Source of the DNA: Planctomycetota bacterium
GTDB lineage: Bacteria; Planctomycetota; UBA11346
Assembly (NCBI GenBank): GCA_038213805.1
Contig: JBBQSO010000008.1
Span: 36,597 to 100,596 of the forward strand
Length of the DNA: 64,000 nucleotides
Direction: 5' to 3'
The position numbers were made by a program, and so were the translations under genes. Below the pieces are notes generated by a model, which saw nothing but the letters and a program-made list of their open reading frames with translations, did not search any database and was not told where the DNA came from. This document shows, piece by piece, positions 10,254 through 19,769 of this stretch. The stretch's first letter is position 1; every line of letters starts with the position of its first letter.

Positions 10254-11641
10254 TGACGATGGACCGCCTGCCACTCCTCACCCGCCGCCAGGCGGTGTCC
10301 TCCTTGCTCGCCGGGTCGCTGCTGCTGCCGGGGCTGGGCGGTGGCGGCGCGGGACTGTGGGCCGGCGAGACGCCTGCGCCGACCGATCCACTCGCGCCGC
10401 GCGCGCCGCACTTTCCGGCCAAGGCCAAGCGCGTGATCATGATCTACCTCAGCGGCGGCATGTCGCACGTCGACAGCTTCGACTACAAGCCGAAGCTCTA
10501 CAGCGCGGCCGGCACCAAGGTGAACAACAAGTTCATCAAGCGCCCCGACTGGGAGTTCAAGCCGCGCGGGAAGTGCGGCGCGCAGATCAGCGAGCTGTGG
10601 CCGCACCTCGCGGAGAAGGCCGATGAGCTGTGCATCATCAACTCGCTGAGGGCCGATCACGGCAACCATTTCGAGGCCGCTCTCGGCATCCACACCGGTT
10701 CGGTGACGCTGGCGCGCCCAAGCCTGGGCGCGTGGGTCAGCTACGCGCTGGGCACCAACGACAAGAACCTGCCCTCGTTCGTGGTGCTGGCGCCTGAGCT
10801 GCCCTACGCCGGCGGCCAGGTGTGGAGCGCGAACTTCCTGCCGCCCTGCCACCAGGGCGTGCGCATCACGCCCGGCGACGAGCCCATTCCCGACATCATC
10901 CGCCGCCTGCCCACCGCCGGTTTGCAGGGCCTGGAGCTGGGCCTGGTGCAGAGCCTCAACCAGCGCCACCTGCAGGGCCGGCCCGACCAGGCCCTGAGCG
11001 GTCGCATGGACGCCTTCACCACCGCCGGCGGCATGCAGAACGAGGCGCCCGAGGTCTTCGACCTGACTACGGAGAGCGACGCCACGCATGAGCTGTACGG
11101 CCTCAAGCGCGGCGAGAAGAAGGGCTTTGCGTGGCAGGCGCTGGTCGCGCGCCGCCTCGCCGAGCGCGGCGTACGCTTCATCGAACTGATCGACGTTGGC
11201 GCGAACTCCGGGCACAACTGGGACGCGCACGGCGACATGGCCACGCACACCCCGCTGGCGAAGAACGTCGACCAGCCGACCGCGGCGCTGCTCACCGACC
11301 TGCGCCAGCGCGGCATGCTCGACGACACCCTGGTGATCTTCACTACCGAATTCGGCCGCACCCCGACCGTCGACGGCGAGAAGAACAAGGGCCGCGAGCA
11401 CCACCCCAACTGCTTTACCTCGTGGCTGGCGGGCGGCGGCGTGAAGGCGGGCATGACTTATGGTGCGAGCGACGAGCTCGGCATCGAGGTCGCCGAGAAG
11501 CTGGTCCACGTCAACGACTTCCACGCCACCATCCTGCACCTGCTCGGCCTCGACCACGAGAAGCTGACCTACCGGTACGGCGGCCGCGACTTCCGGCTCA
11601 CCGATGTGGCGGGGAATGTCGTCAAGGACATCGTTGCTTAG
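10250..11641 (+). CDS. DUF1501 sulfatase-like protein with Tat-like signal
   Basis: LTRRQ, AKRVIMIYLSGGMSHVDSFDYKP, WDAH, TEFGRTP, DFHATILHLLG; overlaps upstream stop. Confidence 0.92.
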   Translation: MMTMDRLPLLTRRQAVSSLLAGSLLLPGLGGGGAGLWAGETPAPTDPLAPRAPHFPAKAKRVIMIYLSGGMSHVDSFDYKPKLYSAAGTKVNNKFIKRPDWEFKPRGKCGAQISELWPHLAEKADELCIINSLRADHGNHFEAALGIHTGSVTLARPSLGAWVSYALGTNDKNLPSFVVLAPELPYAGGQVWSANFLPPCHQGVRITPGDEPIPDIIRRLPTAGLQGLELGLVQSLNQRHLQGRPDQALSGRMDAFTTAGGMQNEAPEVFDLTTESDATHELYGLKRGEKKGFAWQALVARRLAERGVRFIELIDVGANSGHNWDAHGDMATHTPLAKNVDQPTAALLTDLRQRGMLDDTLVIFTTEFGRTPTVDGEKNKGREHHPNCFTSWLAGGGVKAGMTYGASDELGIEVAEKLVHVNDFHATILHLLGLDHEKLTYRYGGRDFRLTDVAGNVVKDIVA

Positions 11642-11646
11642 CAGTA

Positions 11647-11752
11647 CGGAAGTCCGGGGTCCGGACGTCCGGAAGTCTCGTTTGACGGGATGCCTCGTGG
11701 ATTCCAACGATGGTGGTCGATCGCGGCTGTCCGACTTCCGGACTTCCGGACC
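11647..11752. repeat. Palindromic element with (CGGAAGTC)n and (GACTTCCG)n arms, copy 1
   Basis: Arms 11647-11677 and 11733-11752. Confidence 0.85.
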
Positions 11753-11757
11753 CTCCC

Positions 11758-12231
11758 CTAAGCCCCTTCGCGCGCCACCGGTCGCAGGCCGCCCGGCAGG
11801 CCGCCGAACAGCCAGCCGATGCCCATCGCCGCGAGCGCGGTGAGGCCGGTGGTCGTGCACTGGGTCTGCCAGACACTGTCGCCGGCGCCGTGCAGCCAAC
11901 GGTCGGTGCCCTGCACCAGCAGGCTGGCGATCGCCGCCCACACGCCCCAGCCGGCGACGCGGGTGCGGAAGACCAGATTGCGGATGGGCAGGTAGGCGAG
12001 CGCGAGCAGCACGTAGGCGATGCTGGCGAAGATGTCCGGGGTGGGATCGACGAGGTCGGTGATGCCGCCGACCAGCCAGGCGCGCCAGATCACCCCGCGC
12101 GCAGTGCCGTCGACCATCGCCCAGGCGGCAAGCGCGAGCGGCAGGTCGGGGGCAGCGCGCCAGCCGGACAGCACGCTGAACTGCGCCAGGGCCGCGAGCA
12201 GCGCGATGATGCCGAGGATGACGTAGCTCAC
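11758..12231 (-). CDS. MreD-like integral membrane protein
   Basis: About 157 aa, hydrophobic; Q..(x)..PDLPL and G.i.DL pattern typical of MreD; GTG start. Confidence 0.55.
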   Translation of the reverse strand: MSYVILGIIALLAALAQFSVLSGWRAAPDLPLALAAWAMVDGTARGVIWRAWLVGGITDLVDPTPDIFASIAYVLLALAYLPIRNLVFRTRVAGWGVWAAIASLLVQGTDRWLHGAGDSVWQTQCTTTGLTALAAMGIGWLFGGLPGGLRPVAREGA

Positions 12232-12569
12232 GTGCGGCAGCGTAGCAGGATGCCCGGGATTGGCGACCCCACTCCGCCAGGCTGCCCACGGGCGCGCGGC
12301 GCGCGGCGGATGCGGCATGCGCAGGGCATTCGCATCCGTCCAGCAGGATCGCCGACGCGCTCGACCGGATTCCGCCTGAGGTGCCGCCACGGTTCGTGGC
12401 AGAGACTGCTGCGCAGCTCCACATCCTTTGCCCCGGACTGGGAACCGGCCATTCGAATGTGCATATACCCACTGCGCAGGACGAAAGCGGAAGTGCTGCG
12501 CAACCGTTCCAAAGCGCTGCATGGTTGGGACTTCCCGCTCCCGCACGGCCGCTTAGCGTGCCGGTCATC

Positions 12570-13472
12570 ATGTTGCTCGCCGGAATCGATGAAGCAGGGT
12601 ACGGACCGACGCTCGGGCCGCTGGCGGTGGTCGCCACGCGCGTCCACGCCGATAGCGTCGCAGCGCTCGTCGCCGGCTTCGCGGCGTCCGGCACGGGACT
12701 CGCCGACAGCAAGCGCGTGCACCGATCTGGCGACCTCGCACCCCTTGAACGCGTCGCGCTGGGCGGCCTCACGTGGCTTAGCGGTGCCCCGCCGCGCAGC
12801 GCGGCCGAGGTCTTCGCCCTGCTCGGCGAGGAGCCCGCCCAGCGCGCCGACATCGCCTGGATGGCCGGCGCAGACGAGCTCCTGCTACCGGTGGCCGCCG
12901 CGGAATGCCCGGCGTGGCGCGTCGCCGGCATCGTCCCCGCGGGCGTCGCGGGCAGGCTGGTCCAGCCCGCGACCTACAACCGCACGCTGCGCGCTGGCCG
13001 CAACAAGGCGGAGCTTGAACTCGACCTGGTCGGCGCCCTGCTCGCCTGGGTCGGTGCGCACGCGGGCGAGATCGCCGTCGACCGCCTGGGTGGCCGCCGG
13101 TATTACCGCGACGCGCTGCAAGCGTGTTTCCCGGCGGCCATGATCCTGATCGAGGAGGAGAGCACGGTGCTCAGCCGCTACCGCGTCTGCCACGGGGACT
13201 GCGACCAGAACGTCGCCTTTGCGGTCGACGGCGAGAGCCTCAATCCACTCACCGCGCTGGCGAGCTGCATCGCCAAGTACGCGCGCGAGCTGCACCTGCT
13301 CCTGCTCAACCGCCACTGGTGCGCGCGCTGGCCGCAGCTCCGCCCCACCGCCGGATATCCCGAGGACGCCCGCCGCTGGCTGGCCGCGATCGGCCCGCTC
13401 AGCCCCGAGGTCGCGCACGCCCTGGTGCGCACCGAAACCCCGCGCGACCAGCGAAAGGTCGCAAGTATTTGA
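12570..13472 (+). CDS. RNase HII-family protein (divergent)
   Basis: AGIDEAGYGPTLGPL, ADSKRV, VDRLGGR, ALASCIAKYARE, GYP. Confidence 0.8.
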   Translation: MLLAGIDEAGYGPTLGPLAVVATRVHADSVAALVAGFAASGTGLADSKRVHRSGDLAPLERVALGGLTWLSGAPPRSAAEVFALLGEEPAQRADIAWMAGADELLLPVAAAECPAWRVAGIVPAGVAGRLVQPATYNRTLRAGRNKAELELDLVGALLAWVGAHAGEIAVDRLGGRRYYRDALQACFPAAMILIEEESTVLSRYRVCHGDCDQNVAFAVDGESLNPLTALASCIAKYARELHLLLLNRHWCARWPQLRPTAGYPEDARRWLAAIGPLSPEVAHALVRTETPRDQRKVASI

Positions 13473-13491
13473 CAAGTAGTAGGTGCAAATA
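13466..13491. promoter_or_regulatory. Inverted repeat TATTTG-N14-CAAATA overlapping a TTGACA hexamer; candidate operator/promoter of the BlaI-like gene
   Basis: AT-rich patch tatttgacaagtagtaggtgcaaata about 80 nt upstream of the ATG. Confidence 0.35.
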
Positions 13492-13572
13492 TGCCTCGCG
13501 TCGGGGCGATTCAGCCCTAAGGCAGTGACTCGAAATCATCCCGATTCCCACCCTAGCCCCGGAACCGTCGTC

Positions 13573-13971
13573 ATGGAGACCATCGGCCCGCTGCAGCTCA
13601 GAGTCATGCACTACCTGTGGAAGAACGGACCTGCCACGGTGCATGCGGTACTCGAGCACCTCAACCACCAGCCGGGGTGCACCGCCCTGGCTTACACCAC
13701 CATCCTGACGGTGATGCGCAATCTGGCGCGCCGCCACTTCCTCAGCCAACAGCCTGCAGGGCGCAGCCACATCTTCGCCCCGCTGGTCGACGAGTACACG
13801 TACAAGCTTGGCATGCTCCAGCAGCTGCGCCGCGACCTCTTTGGCGGCGACGTGGACTGGATGCTGACCTACCTCGGCAAGGACGAGGAGATCGACCAGG
13901 ACAAGCGCACGCGCATCGCCGCTCTGGGCGGTGAACAGCCGGTCACGCGCGTCGCGGAAGTCCCGTCGTGA
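13573..13971 (+). CDS. BlaI/MecI/CopY family transcriptional repressor
   Basis: GPLQLRVMHYLW..GPATV, LAYTTILTVMRNL, lfGG. Confidence 0.88.
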   Translation: METIGPLQLRVMHYLWKNGPATVHAVLEHLNHQPGCTALAYTTILTVMRNLARRHFLSQQPAGRSHIFAPLVDEYTYKLGMLQQLRRDLFGGDVDWMLTYLGKDEEIDQDKRTRIAALGGEQPVTRVAEVPS

Positions 13972-14267
13972 AGCCGCTGCCGCCGGAAGCCGTCGATGCC
14001 GCCCTGGGCACGCTGCCGGGGTGGGCCCGCGCCGGAGACGCCCTGGAACGCACCCTGCGCTTCCCCGGGTTCACTGGTGCGATCGCATTTATGCACGACT
14101 GCGCGCCGGAGATCGACGCCCTCGATCACCACCCGGAATGGACCAACGTCTACAACACCGTGCGGGTGCGACTGACCACGCACGACGCTGGCGACCAGAT
14201 CACCGATCAGGATTTGACGCTAGCGCGGCTGATCTCAGCCAAGGCGCTGCTGCACGGCGGGGCCTGA
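13968..14267 (+). CDS. Pterin-4-alpha-carbinolamine dehydratase (PhhB/PCD family)
   Basis: DHHPEW.NVYN.V...LTTHD; GTGA overlap with upstream gene. Confidence 0.9.
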   Translation: MKPLPPEAVDAALGTLPGWARAGDALERTLRFPGFTGAIAFMHDCAPEIDALDHHPEWTNVYNTVRVRLTTHDAGDQITDQDLTLARLISAKALLHGGA

Positions 14268-14289
14268 TTCGGAGGGTGGGCATTATCAT

Positions 14290-14421
14290 CGCCAAGACGC
14301 CAAGGGGACGACAGGAGAGAGCATCGGTCTGAAGTCCCGCATGCTCATGTACATCCTGCTCACCTATCAGACCGCGTCTTATACATCGACGGCCCTTGGC
14401 GGGCTGGGCGTCTAGGCGGCT
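14290..14421. repeat. Degenerate palindromic element with CGCCAAG-type (9-nt period) arms
   Basis: cgccaagacgccaag ... cttggcgggctgggcgtctaggcg. Confidence 0.5.
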
Positions 14422-14476
14422 TGATCTGCGAGTCGGTGCAGGTCCTACCAACGACGGCCTGGCGGCCTGATCCGCC

Positions 14477-17185
14477 TCAGCGTCCCACGGGCGCCAGGTT
14501 CAACGTCTGGATGAGGTGCGCGCGCAGGGTTTCCGCCGCCTCGTCGCTCAGCTTGCTGCCGTCTCGGTAGACGTAGAAGACGTCGACCGCGACGTCACCC
14601 ATGGTGTTGATGCAGGCATAACTGATCTCGCAGCCGTGCGTTGAAATGGCGCGGCACAGCTTGCTGAGCAGGCCGACTTCATCCTTGGTGTGGATGTCGA
14701 CGATGGTGTAGTCCTCGCTGGTGCGCTGCTCGACCTTCACCGCGGGGTCGTCAAAGCCGCTATCGGCGGGCTTGGTCAGGGTCAGGCTGTTGCGACGCTT
14801 CTCGAGCAGGGTCTCGGCCGACAGTCGCCCCTGCGATACCGCGAACAGGTCGGCACGGAAGCGCGTCCACGGCGCCTCCTCATTCAGGCGCGACGGGTAG
14901 ATCGAGGACAGCCGGTAGCTGTAGATGACCATGCCCGAGACGCTGACCCAGGTGCGCGCATCGATGATGTCGAACCCGTGGCCGCTGAGCGTGGCAGTGA
15001 CGTCGGCGAAGAGCGCGTGTCGGTCGGGCACGGCCGCGACCAGGAACACCGACTTGTCCTTGAGCTCGTAGTGCAGGCCGACGCCGGAGGCACGCGCCTC
15101 CTGCAGCACGGTGTAGTGGCGGACGATCTCGCCGGCCGCGACCTGGTGCAGGTAGCTGTGCGGCAGATCCTGGAGGAAGGCCTCGGCGCGCTCGGTGGGG
15201 ACGCCGCTGACGACCAGCGCCGCTGCGAGGCGCTCGTGGCGGCTGCCGATGGTCGCGCCGGCGTCACGGAAATGCGCGCTCAGGGTCTGGTAGAGGTCGC
15301 TGAGCAGCGCCTCCTGCCAGCCGGTGAGGATGCCCTCGCCGACCGCGCGCGCGTCGCCGTAGGTCAGGCAGTAGAGCGCTTCAAGGTTGTCCTGGGTGCC
15401 GATCTTCTCGGCGAAGGCGCGCAGGAAAGACGGCTCGTGAAAGTCGCGCATGCGGCTGGCGTCGGAGAGCGCGACGTGGCGCTCGACCAGGAAGTAGAAC
15501 AGCTCGGTCTCGCGCTCGTCCAGGCCGAAGCGCTCGGCGACGCCGCCGGCCATGATCGCGCCGCGCGCAACGTGGCCGCGCCCCATGTACTTGCCCATGT
15601 CGTGCAGCAGCAGACTGAGGCCGAGGATGTCCTTGCGCTTCTGGCGCGCGAAGATCGCGGCCATGCCCGGCAGGCCGGCGATGGTGCCGTTCGCCACCGC
15701 ATCGAGATTGCCCATCGCGAACAGCGTGTGCTGGTCGACGGTGAACTGGTGGTAGCTGTCGAACTGCATGTGGCAGGTGAGATTGCCGAACTCGGGCAGG
15801 TAGGCGCCGAGCAGGCCGGCGTTGTGCATGTCCTCGAGGATCAGCTGGGTGCGGCCGAAGTCGCCGATGAGTTCAAGGAAGACCCGGGCCAGCGCGCGGT
15901 CGCCGCGCACCGCGTCGGTGAAGACGCCCAGGTGGGTCTTGATCGCGCGCTGCAGTTCCAGGCTCAGGCGCATGCCGCGCGTCTGGGCCAGGCGGCACAT
16001 GCGCACCAGGCGCGCGCCGGCATCGGGCAGCGACCAGAAGTCGGCGTGGCTGAGGTAGACCTGGCCCTGCACCGCCGTGAAGTCCTTGTCGAGCACCTTG
16101 CGCGTCTTGATCAGCAGCGTCCAGCGCCCGAGGTGCCCGGTGGCCTTCAGACGGCTCACCGCCAGCTCGAGGATCTGGTGGACGTGCAGGACCCGGGCGT
16201 AGTGCTCCTTCATGAAGTGCTCGACCGCGCGCAGCTGGCTGAGATCGGAGTAGCCGAGCTGCTTGGCCACGCGCACCTGGTCGGCGAGCTGGAAGATGTC
16301 CTGCTTGCGGCCGTGGTGGAAGTGCAGCAGCGAGCGCAGGCAGAGCAGGTGGTCGTTGGTCGACTCGACCGCGGCGAGGTCATGCTGGGTGATGACCTCG
16401 AGGTCGGCGACGCGCGCCAGTTCGCGGCTGCCGAAGGCGATGAAGGCGATGTTGCTGAGCAGCTGGACGTCGCGCAGGCAGCCAGGGTTGGTCTTGAGGT
16501 TGGGCTCCATCTGGAACAGGCTGACGCCGGCCTGGGAGCGGCGCTTGGCGAGCTCCTCGAGCTTGAACTTCAGGAACGGCACGCTGCGCTTGCGGCGCAG
16601 GCGCGCCAGAATGTCGGCGAGCGCCGCGATCGGACGCGGGCCGGCAAGCAGCGGGCGCTGTTCGATGACCGCGGTGGCGGTGACGAAGTCGTCCTCAAGC
16701 AGGCGGTCGAGCTCGCCGGCGCCGCGCGAACTCGCGCCGACGGTGAACTTGACGTCCCACATCAGGGCCTGGAACTCGGCATTGCCCTTGGTCAGCCATT
16801 CGGGCGCACGGCTGTCGGCCGCGAGCACCAGCAGGTCGATGTCGGACTGCGGATTGAGTTCGCCGCGGCCATAGCCACCGAGCGCGAAGATGCCGACGCC
16901 GTCTTCCCAACCGGCGGGTGCGCCGACCTTGGCGAAGGCGCGGCGCGCGAGCGCGCGGATGATCACGTCGGTGAAGCCGGTGATGGCGAGCGCCACCGCA
17001 CCACCGCCGGCGGTCGAGGTGAGGCCCTCGAGCTGCTGCCGGGCGATGGTGGCGAGCTCGCGCGCGCGCAGCTCCTTGATCGCCGCCACCGCTTCGGCGC
17101 GCGGCCGGGATTCGAGCCGCCCGACCTCGAGGACGAACTGGGCCGACTCGGGGATGGACAGCGTGCGCGAGGTGATTTCCGGCAT
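14477..17185 (-). CDS. glnD: [Protein-PII] uridylyltransferase / uridylyl-removing enzyme
   Basis: ALGGYGRGEL.PQSDIDLL, EPNLKTNPGCLRD, YHQFTVDQH, LLHDMGK, two C-terminal ACT domains. Confidence 0.93.
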   Translation of the reverse strand: MPEITSRTLSIPESAQFVLEVGRLESRPRAEAVAAIKELRARELATIARQQLEGLTSTAGGGAVALAITGFTDVIIRALARRAFAKVGAPAGWEDGVGIFALGGYGRGELNPQSDIDLLVLAADSRAPEWLTKGNAEFQALMWDVKFTVGASSRGAGELDRLLEDDFVTATAVIEQRPLLAGPRPIAALADILARLRRKRSVPFLKFKLEELAKRRSQAGVSLFQMEPNLKTNPGCLRDVQLLSNIAFIAFGSRELARVADLEVITQHDLAAVESTNDHLLCLRSLLHFHHGRKQDIFQLADQVRVAKQLGYSDLSQLRAVEHFMKEHYARVLHVHQILELAVSRLKATGHLGRWTLLIKTRKVLDKDFTAVQGQVYLSHADFWSLPDAGARLVRMCRLAQTRGMRLSLELQRAIKTHLGVFTDAVRGDRALARVFLELIGDFGRTQLILEDMHNAGLLGAYLPEFGNLTCHMQFDSYHQFTVDQHTLFAMGNLDAVANGTIAGLPGMAAIFARQKRKDILGLSLLLHDMGKYMGRGHVARGAIMAGGVAERFGLDERETELFYFLVERHVALSDASRMRDFHEPSFLRAFAEKIGTQDNLEALYCLTYGDARAVGEGILTGWQEALLSDLYQTLSAHFRDAGATIGSRHERLAAALVVSGVPTERAEAFLQDLPHSYLHQVAAGEIVRHYTVLQEARASGVGLHYELKDKSVFLVAAVPDRHALFADVTATLSGHGFDIIDARTWVSVSGMVIYSYRLSSIYPSRLNEEAPWTRFRADLFAVSQGRLSAETLLEKRRNSLTLTKPADSGFDDPAVKVEQRTSEDYTIVDIHTKDEVGLLSKLCRAISTHGCEISYACINTMGDVAVDVFYVYRDGSKLSDEAAETLRAHLIQTLNLAPVGR

Positions 17186-17341
17186 CTCCGAAGCGTACGC
17201 TGGGCTGGGGGTCGACAAGGGGCGGCGAGCCGGGTGTCCGACGGCGCGCCCGCACGGCGAGGCCGTCCTGCGCCGCTTGCGCTCGCCGCCCCTCGCCTCC
17301 CCTCCCCTTGCGGGTGCGGCGCTCGCCACGATCCTCCCGCC

Positions 17342-18631
17342 ATGCCCGCCGCGCCGCTCTCGATCCCAACCCTGGCCCGTGGCCAGCGCACCACCTGGAC
17401 GGTTCCCGGTTCGAAGAGCATCACCAACCGCGCACTGGTGCTGGCGGCGCTGGCCGATGGCACCTCGGTGCTGGAAGGAGTGCTGGAGAGCGACGACACC
17501 CGGCACATGCGCACCTGCCTCGCTGCGCTGGGCGTGGCCATCCGCGACGGCGCGACCCACCAGCTGATCGTCGACGGCGGGCGGGGACGGCTGCACGCGC
17601 CCGCGGACGCGCTATTCGTCGGCAACAGCGGCACCACGGTGCGATTCCTCGCCGGGCTGGCCGCGCTCATCCCCGGCGCGCTGACTTTCGTCGGCGACGC
17701 GCACATGGCCAAGCGCCCGATCCAGGACCTGGTCGACGGCCTGCGCCAGCTCGGGGTGCGCGTGGACTGCCCGACCGGCTGCCCACCGCTGACCATCCAC
17801 GGCGGCGTGGTCGCGGGCGGTGCGGTGCGCATGCGCGGCGACCGCTCCAGCCAGTACTTCTCGGCGTTGCTGCTGTCGGCGGGCTTCGCCCAGCGCGACC
17901 TCGCGGTGGCCATCGAGGGCACCCTGGTCAGCCGCCCCTACGTCGAGATGACGCGGCGCATGGTCGCCGACTTCGGCGGGCGCATCGACGACAGCGCCGA
18001 TGGCTTCATCGTGCGCGCAGTGGCCGCCTACCGCGCACGCACGTACCGCATCGAGCCGGACGCCTCCTCGGCCAGCTACCCCTTCGCGTGGGCGGCGGCG
18101 GGCGGGCACACCGTCACCGTGCCCAACCTCACCGCGGCCTCGCTGCAGGGCGATTACGGTTTCCTAAGGGTCCTGGAGCAGGCCGGCGCGCGCGTCGCCA
18201 GCAACGACCAGGGCACCACGGTCAGCGGCCCGGCACAGCTGCGCGGTGTCGACGTCGATATGCACCACATCAGCGACACGGTGATGACCCTGGCCGCGAT
18301 CGCGCCGCTCTGCTCCGGGCCGACCACCATCCGCAACATCGCCAACATCCGCATCAAGGAGACCGACCGCCTGGCCGCGACGGTCGCCGAGTTACGCCGC
18401 CTTGGCCAGGAGGTCGAGCACGGCGAGGACTGGCTGCGCGTCCATCCCCGCCCGCTGCGCCCGGCCGTGGTCGAGTGCTACGCGGACCACCGCATGGCGA
18501 TGAGCTTCGCCGTGCTCGGCACCCTCGCCCCTGGTGTGGCGATCGCCGATCCGGCGTGCACCGCGAAGACGTATCCTGGGTTCTGGGATGACCTGGGTGG
18601 ACTGTATCCTGATAGGGAGAAGCCATGGTGA
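17342..18631 (+). CDS. aroA: 3-phosphoshikimate 1-carboxyvinyltransferase (EPSP synthase)
   Basis: PGSKSITNR, GNSGTTVRF, SSQYFS, RIKETDR, DHRMAMSF, KTYPGFW. Confidence 0.95.
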   Translation: MPAAPLSIPTLARGQRTTWTVPGSKSITNRALVLAALADGTSVLEGVLESDDTRHMRTCLAALGVAIRDGATHQLIVDGGRGRLHAPADALFVGNSGTTVRFLAGLAALIPGALTFVGDAHMAKRPIQDLVDGLRQLGVRVDCPTGCPPLTIHGGVVAGGAVRMRGDRSSQYFSALLLSAGFAQRDLAVAIEGTLVSRPYVEMTRRMVADFGGRIDDSADGFIVRAVAAYRARTYRIEPDASSASYPFAWAAAGGHTVTVPNLTAASLQGDYGFLRVLEQAGARVASNDQGTTVSGPAQLRGVDVDMHHISDTVMTLAAIAPLCSGPTTIRNIANIRIKETDRLAATVAELRRLGQEVEHGEDWLRVHPRPLRPAVVECYADHRMAMSFAVLGTLAPGVAIADPACTAKTYPGFWDDLGGLYPDREKPW

Positions 18632-18633
18632 GC

Positions 18634-18761
18634 GGTCCGGAAGTCTGGAAGTCCGGAAGTCCGGAAGTCGGACAGCCTTGCGGAACCAGTGATCGCTGGG
18701 GGGCACGGACGATCCCGTCCCACGAGACTTCCAGACTTGCGGACTTCCGGACCTCCGGACC
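18634..18761. repeat. Palindromic (CGGAAGTC)n element, copy 2, opposite orientation to copy 1 with homologous spacer
   Basis: Arms 18634-18678 and 18724-18761. Confidence 0.85.
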
Positions 18762-18779
18762 CATCGGCGCGGAGCGCCC

Positions 18780-19373
18780 ATGCTGAGAATCATCGCCGGC
18801 ACCTGGAAGGGCCGCCGCCTGCTCGCCCCGCCGGGCCTCGAGACCCGGCCGTTGCCCGACCGCATCAAGCAGTCGCTGTTCGATCTGCTCGGGCAGCGCT
18901 GCGACGGCTTGGCGGTCGCCGACGTATGCGCCGGCTCCGGTTCGTTCGGGTGCGAGGCGCTCAGCCGTGGCGCGCGCGTCGTGCACCTCATCGAGTCGGG
19001 CCGCCACGCCATCGGCATCATCCAGGCGAACCAGCGCACCCTCGGCAGCCCGGCGGCGCTGGTCCTGCACACCCGGCCGTTCCAGACCGCGCTGGCCGCG
19101 CTGCGGGAGCTCGACCTGGTGTTCTGCGATCCGCCCTTCCCATGGTTCCAGAGCGAGCCCGCGACGCTGAGTGAATTGCTGCGCCTGGGAGCAGCTGCGC
19201 TCGCCCCGGGCGGGCGGCTGGTGGTGCGCGGCGAGCGCGGCTTCGACCTGCCACCCCTGCCGGCGACCCTGCGCGAGAGCGACCGGCGCTTCTATGGACG
19301 CAGTTGGGTGGTGGTGCTGGTCGGAGTGCGGAAGGTGCCGGCTCCGCCGCAGGTGGGAGCGGCACCTGGCTGA
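18780..19373 (+). CDS. rsmD: 16S rRNA m2G966 methyltransferase
   Basis: LRIIAGTWKGRRL, TRP..DRIKQSLF, DVCAGSGSFG.EALSRGA, DPPF. Confidence 0.88.
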   Translation: MLRIIAGTWKGRRLLAPPGLETRPLPDRIKQSLFDLLGQRCDGLAVADVCAGSGSFGCEALSRGARVVHLIESGRHAIGIIQANQRTLGSPAALVLHTRPFQTALAALRELDLVFCDPPFPWFQSEPATLSELLRLGAAALAPGGRLVVRGERGFDLPPLPATLRESDRRFYGRSWVVVLVGVRKVPAPPQVGAAPG

Positions 19374-19402
19374 GAGGGTCCGCGTCATCCGGCGGTGAGG
19401 CG

Positions 19403-19765
19403 CTAGCCCTTCTCATCCGCATGGAACTGGTGCAGGAAGCGGTGCGCGATCGGTGTGGCGGCGACCCCGATCAGGGCGATGAAGAAGACGCCACTGAACA
19501 GCGCGTACGCGGAGGCGAAAAGTTTGCCGGCGACGCTGTGCAGCTCCGCAGCGGGGCCCATGCCGGAGAGGATCATCGCGGCGTTGACCAGGGCATCGAT
19601 CCAGTCCATGCCCTCGCTGAGCCGGTAGCCGATCACGCCGATGCCAAGGGCCAGGGCGAGCAGCGCTGCCATCAGCAGTCCGGCGCGGGCCATGCGCCGG
19701 GCAAAGGCGGCGCGCGTGAGGACGTGCTCGCTGCGGTGCTCGAAGATGCGTGGCCGGGCTTTCAT
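19403..19765 (-). CDS. Small two-TM membrane protein, potassium-channel (Ion_trans_2)-like
   Basis: TM-EGMDWIDALVNAAMILSGMGP-GKLFASAY-TM layout. Confidence 0.6.
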   Translation of the reverse strand: MKARPRIFEHRSEHVLTRAAFARRMARAGLLMAALLALALGIGVIGYRLSEGMDWIDALVNAAMILSGMGPAAELHSVAGKLFASAYALFSGVFFIALIGVAATPIAHRFLHQFHADEKG

Positions 19766-19769
19766 GGCG

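Noticed and set aside
12232..12569. Cobalamin riboswitch or ncRNA in the mreD-like/RNase HII spacer
   Set aside because: Only an isolated GGGAA; no B12 box or consistent stems.
10139..12931. 930-aa minus-strand ORF and similar long antisense ORFs (e.g. 41520-43985, 27249-29015, 52950-54755)
   Set aside because: No motifs; they overlap well-supported genes on the other strand, as expected from high-GC codon bias.
14690..17341. 1313-aa ORF suggesting a giant AroA fusion
   Set aside because: The N-terminal 884 codons are the antisense shadow of glnD; AroA motifs begin right after ATG 17342.
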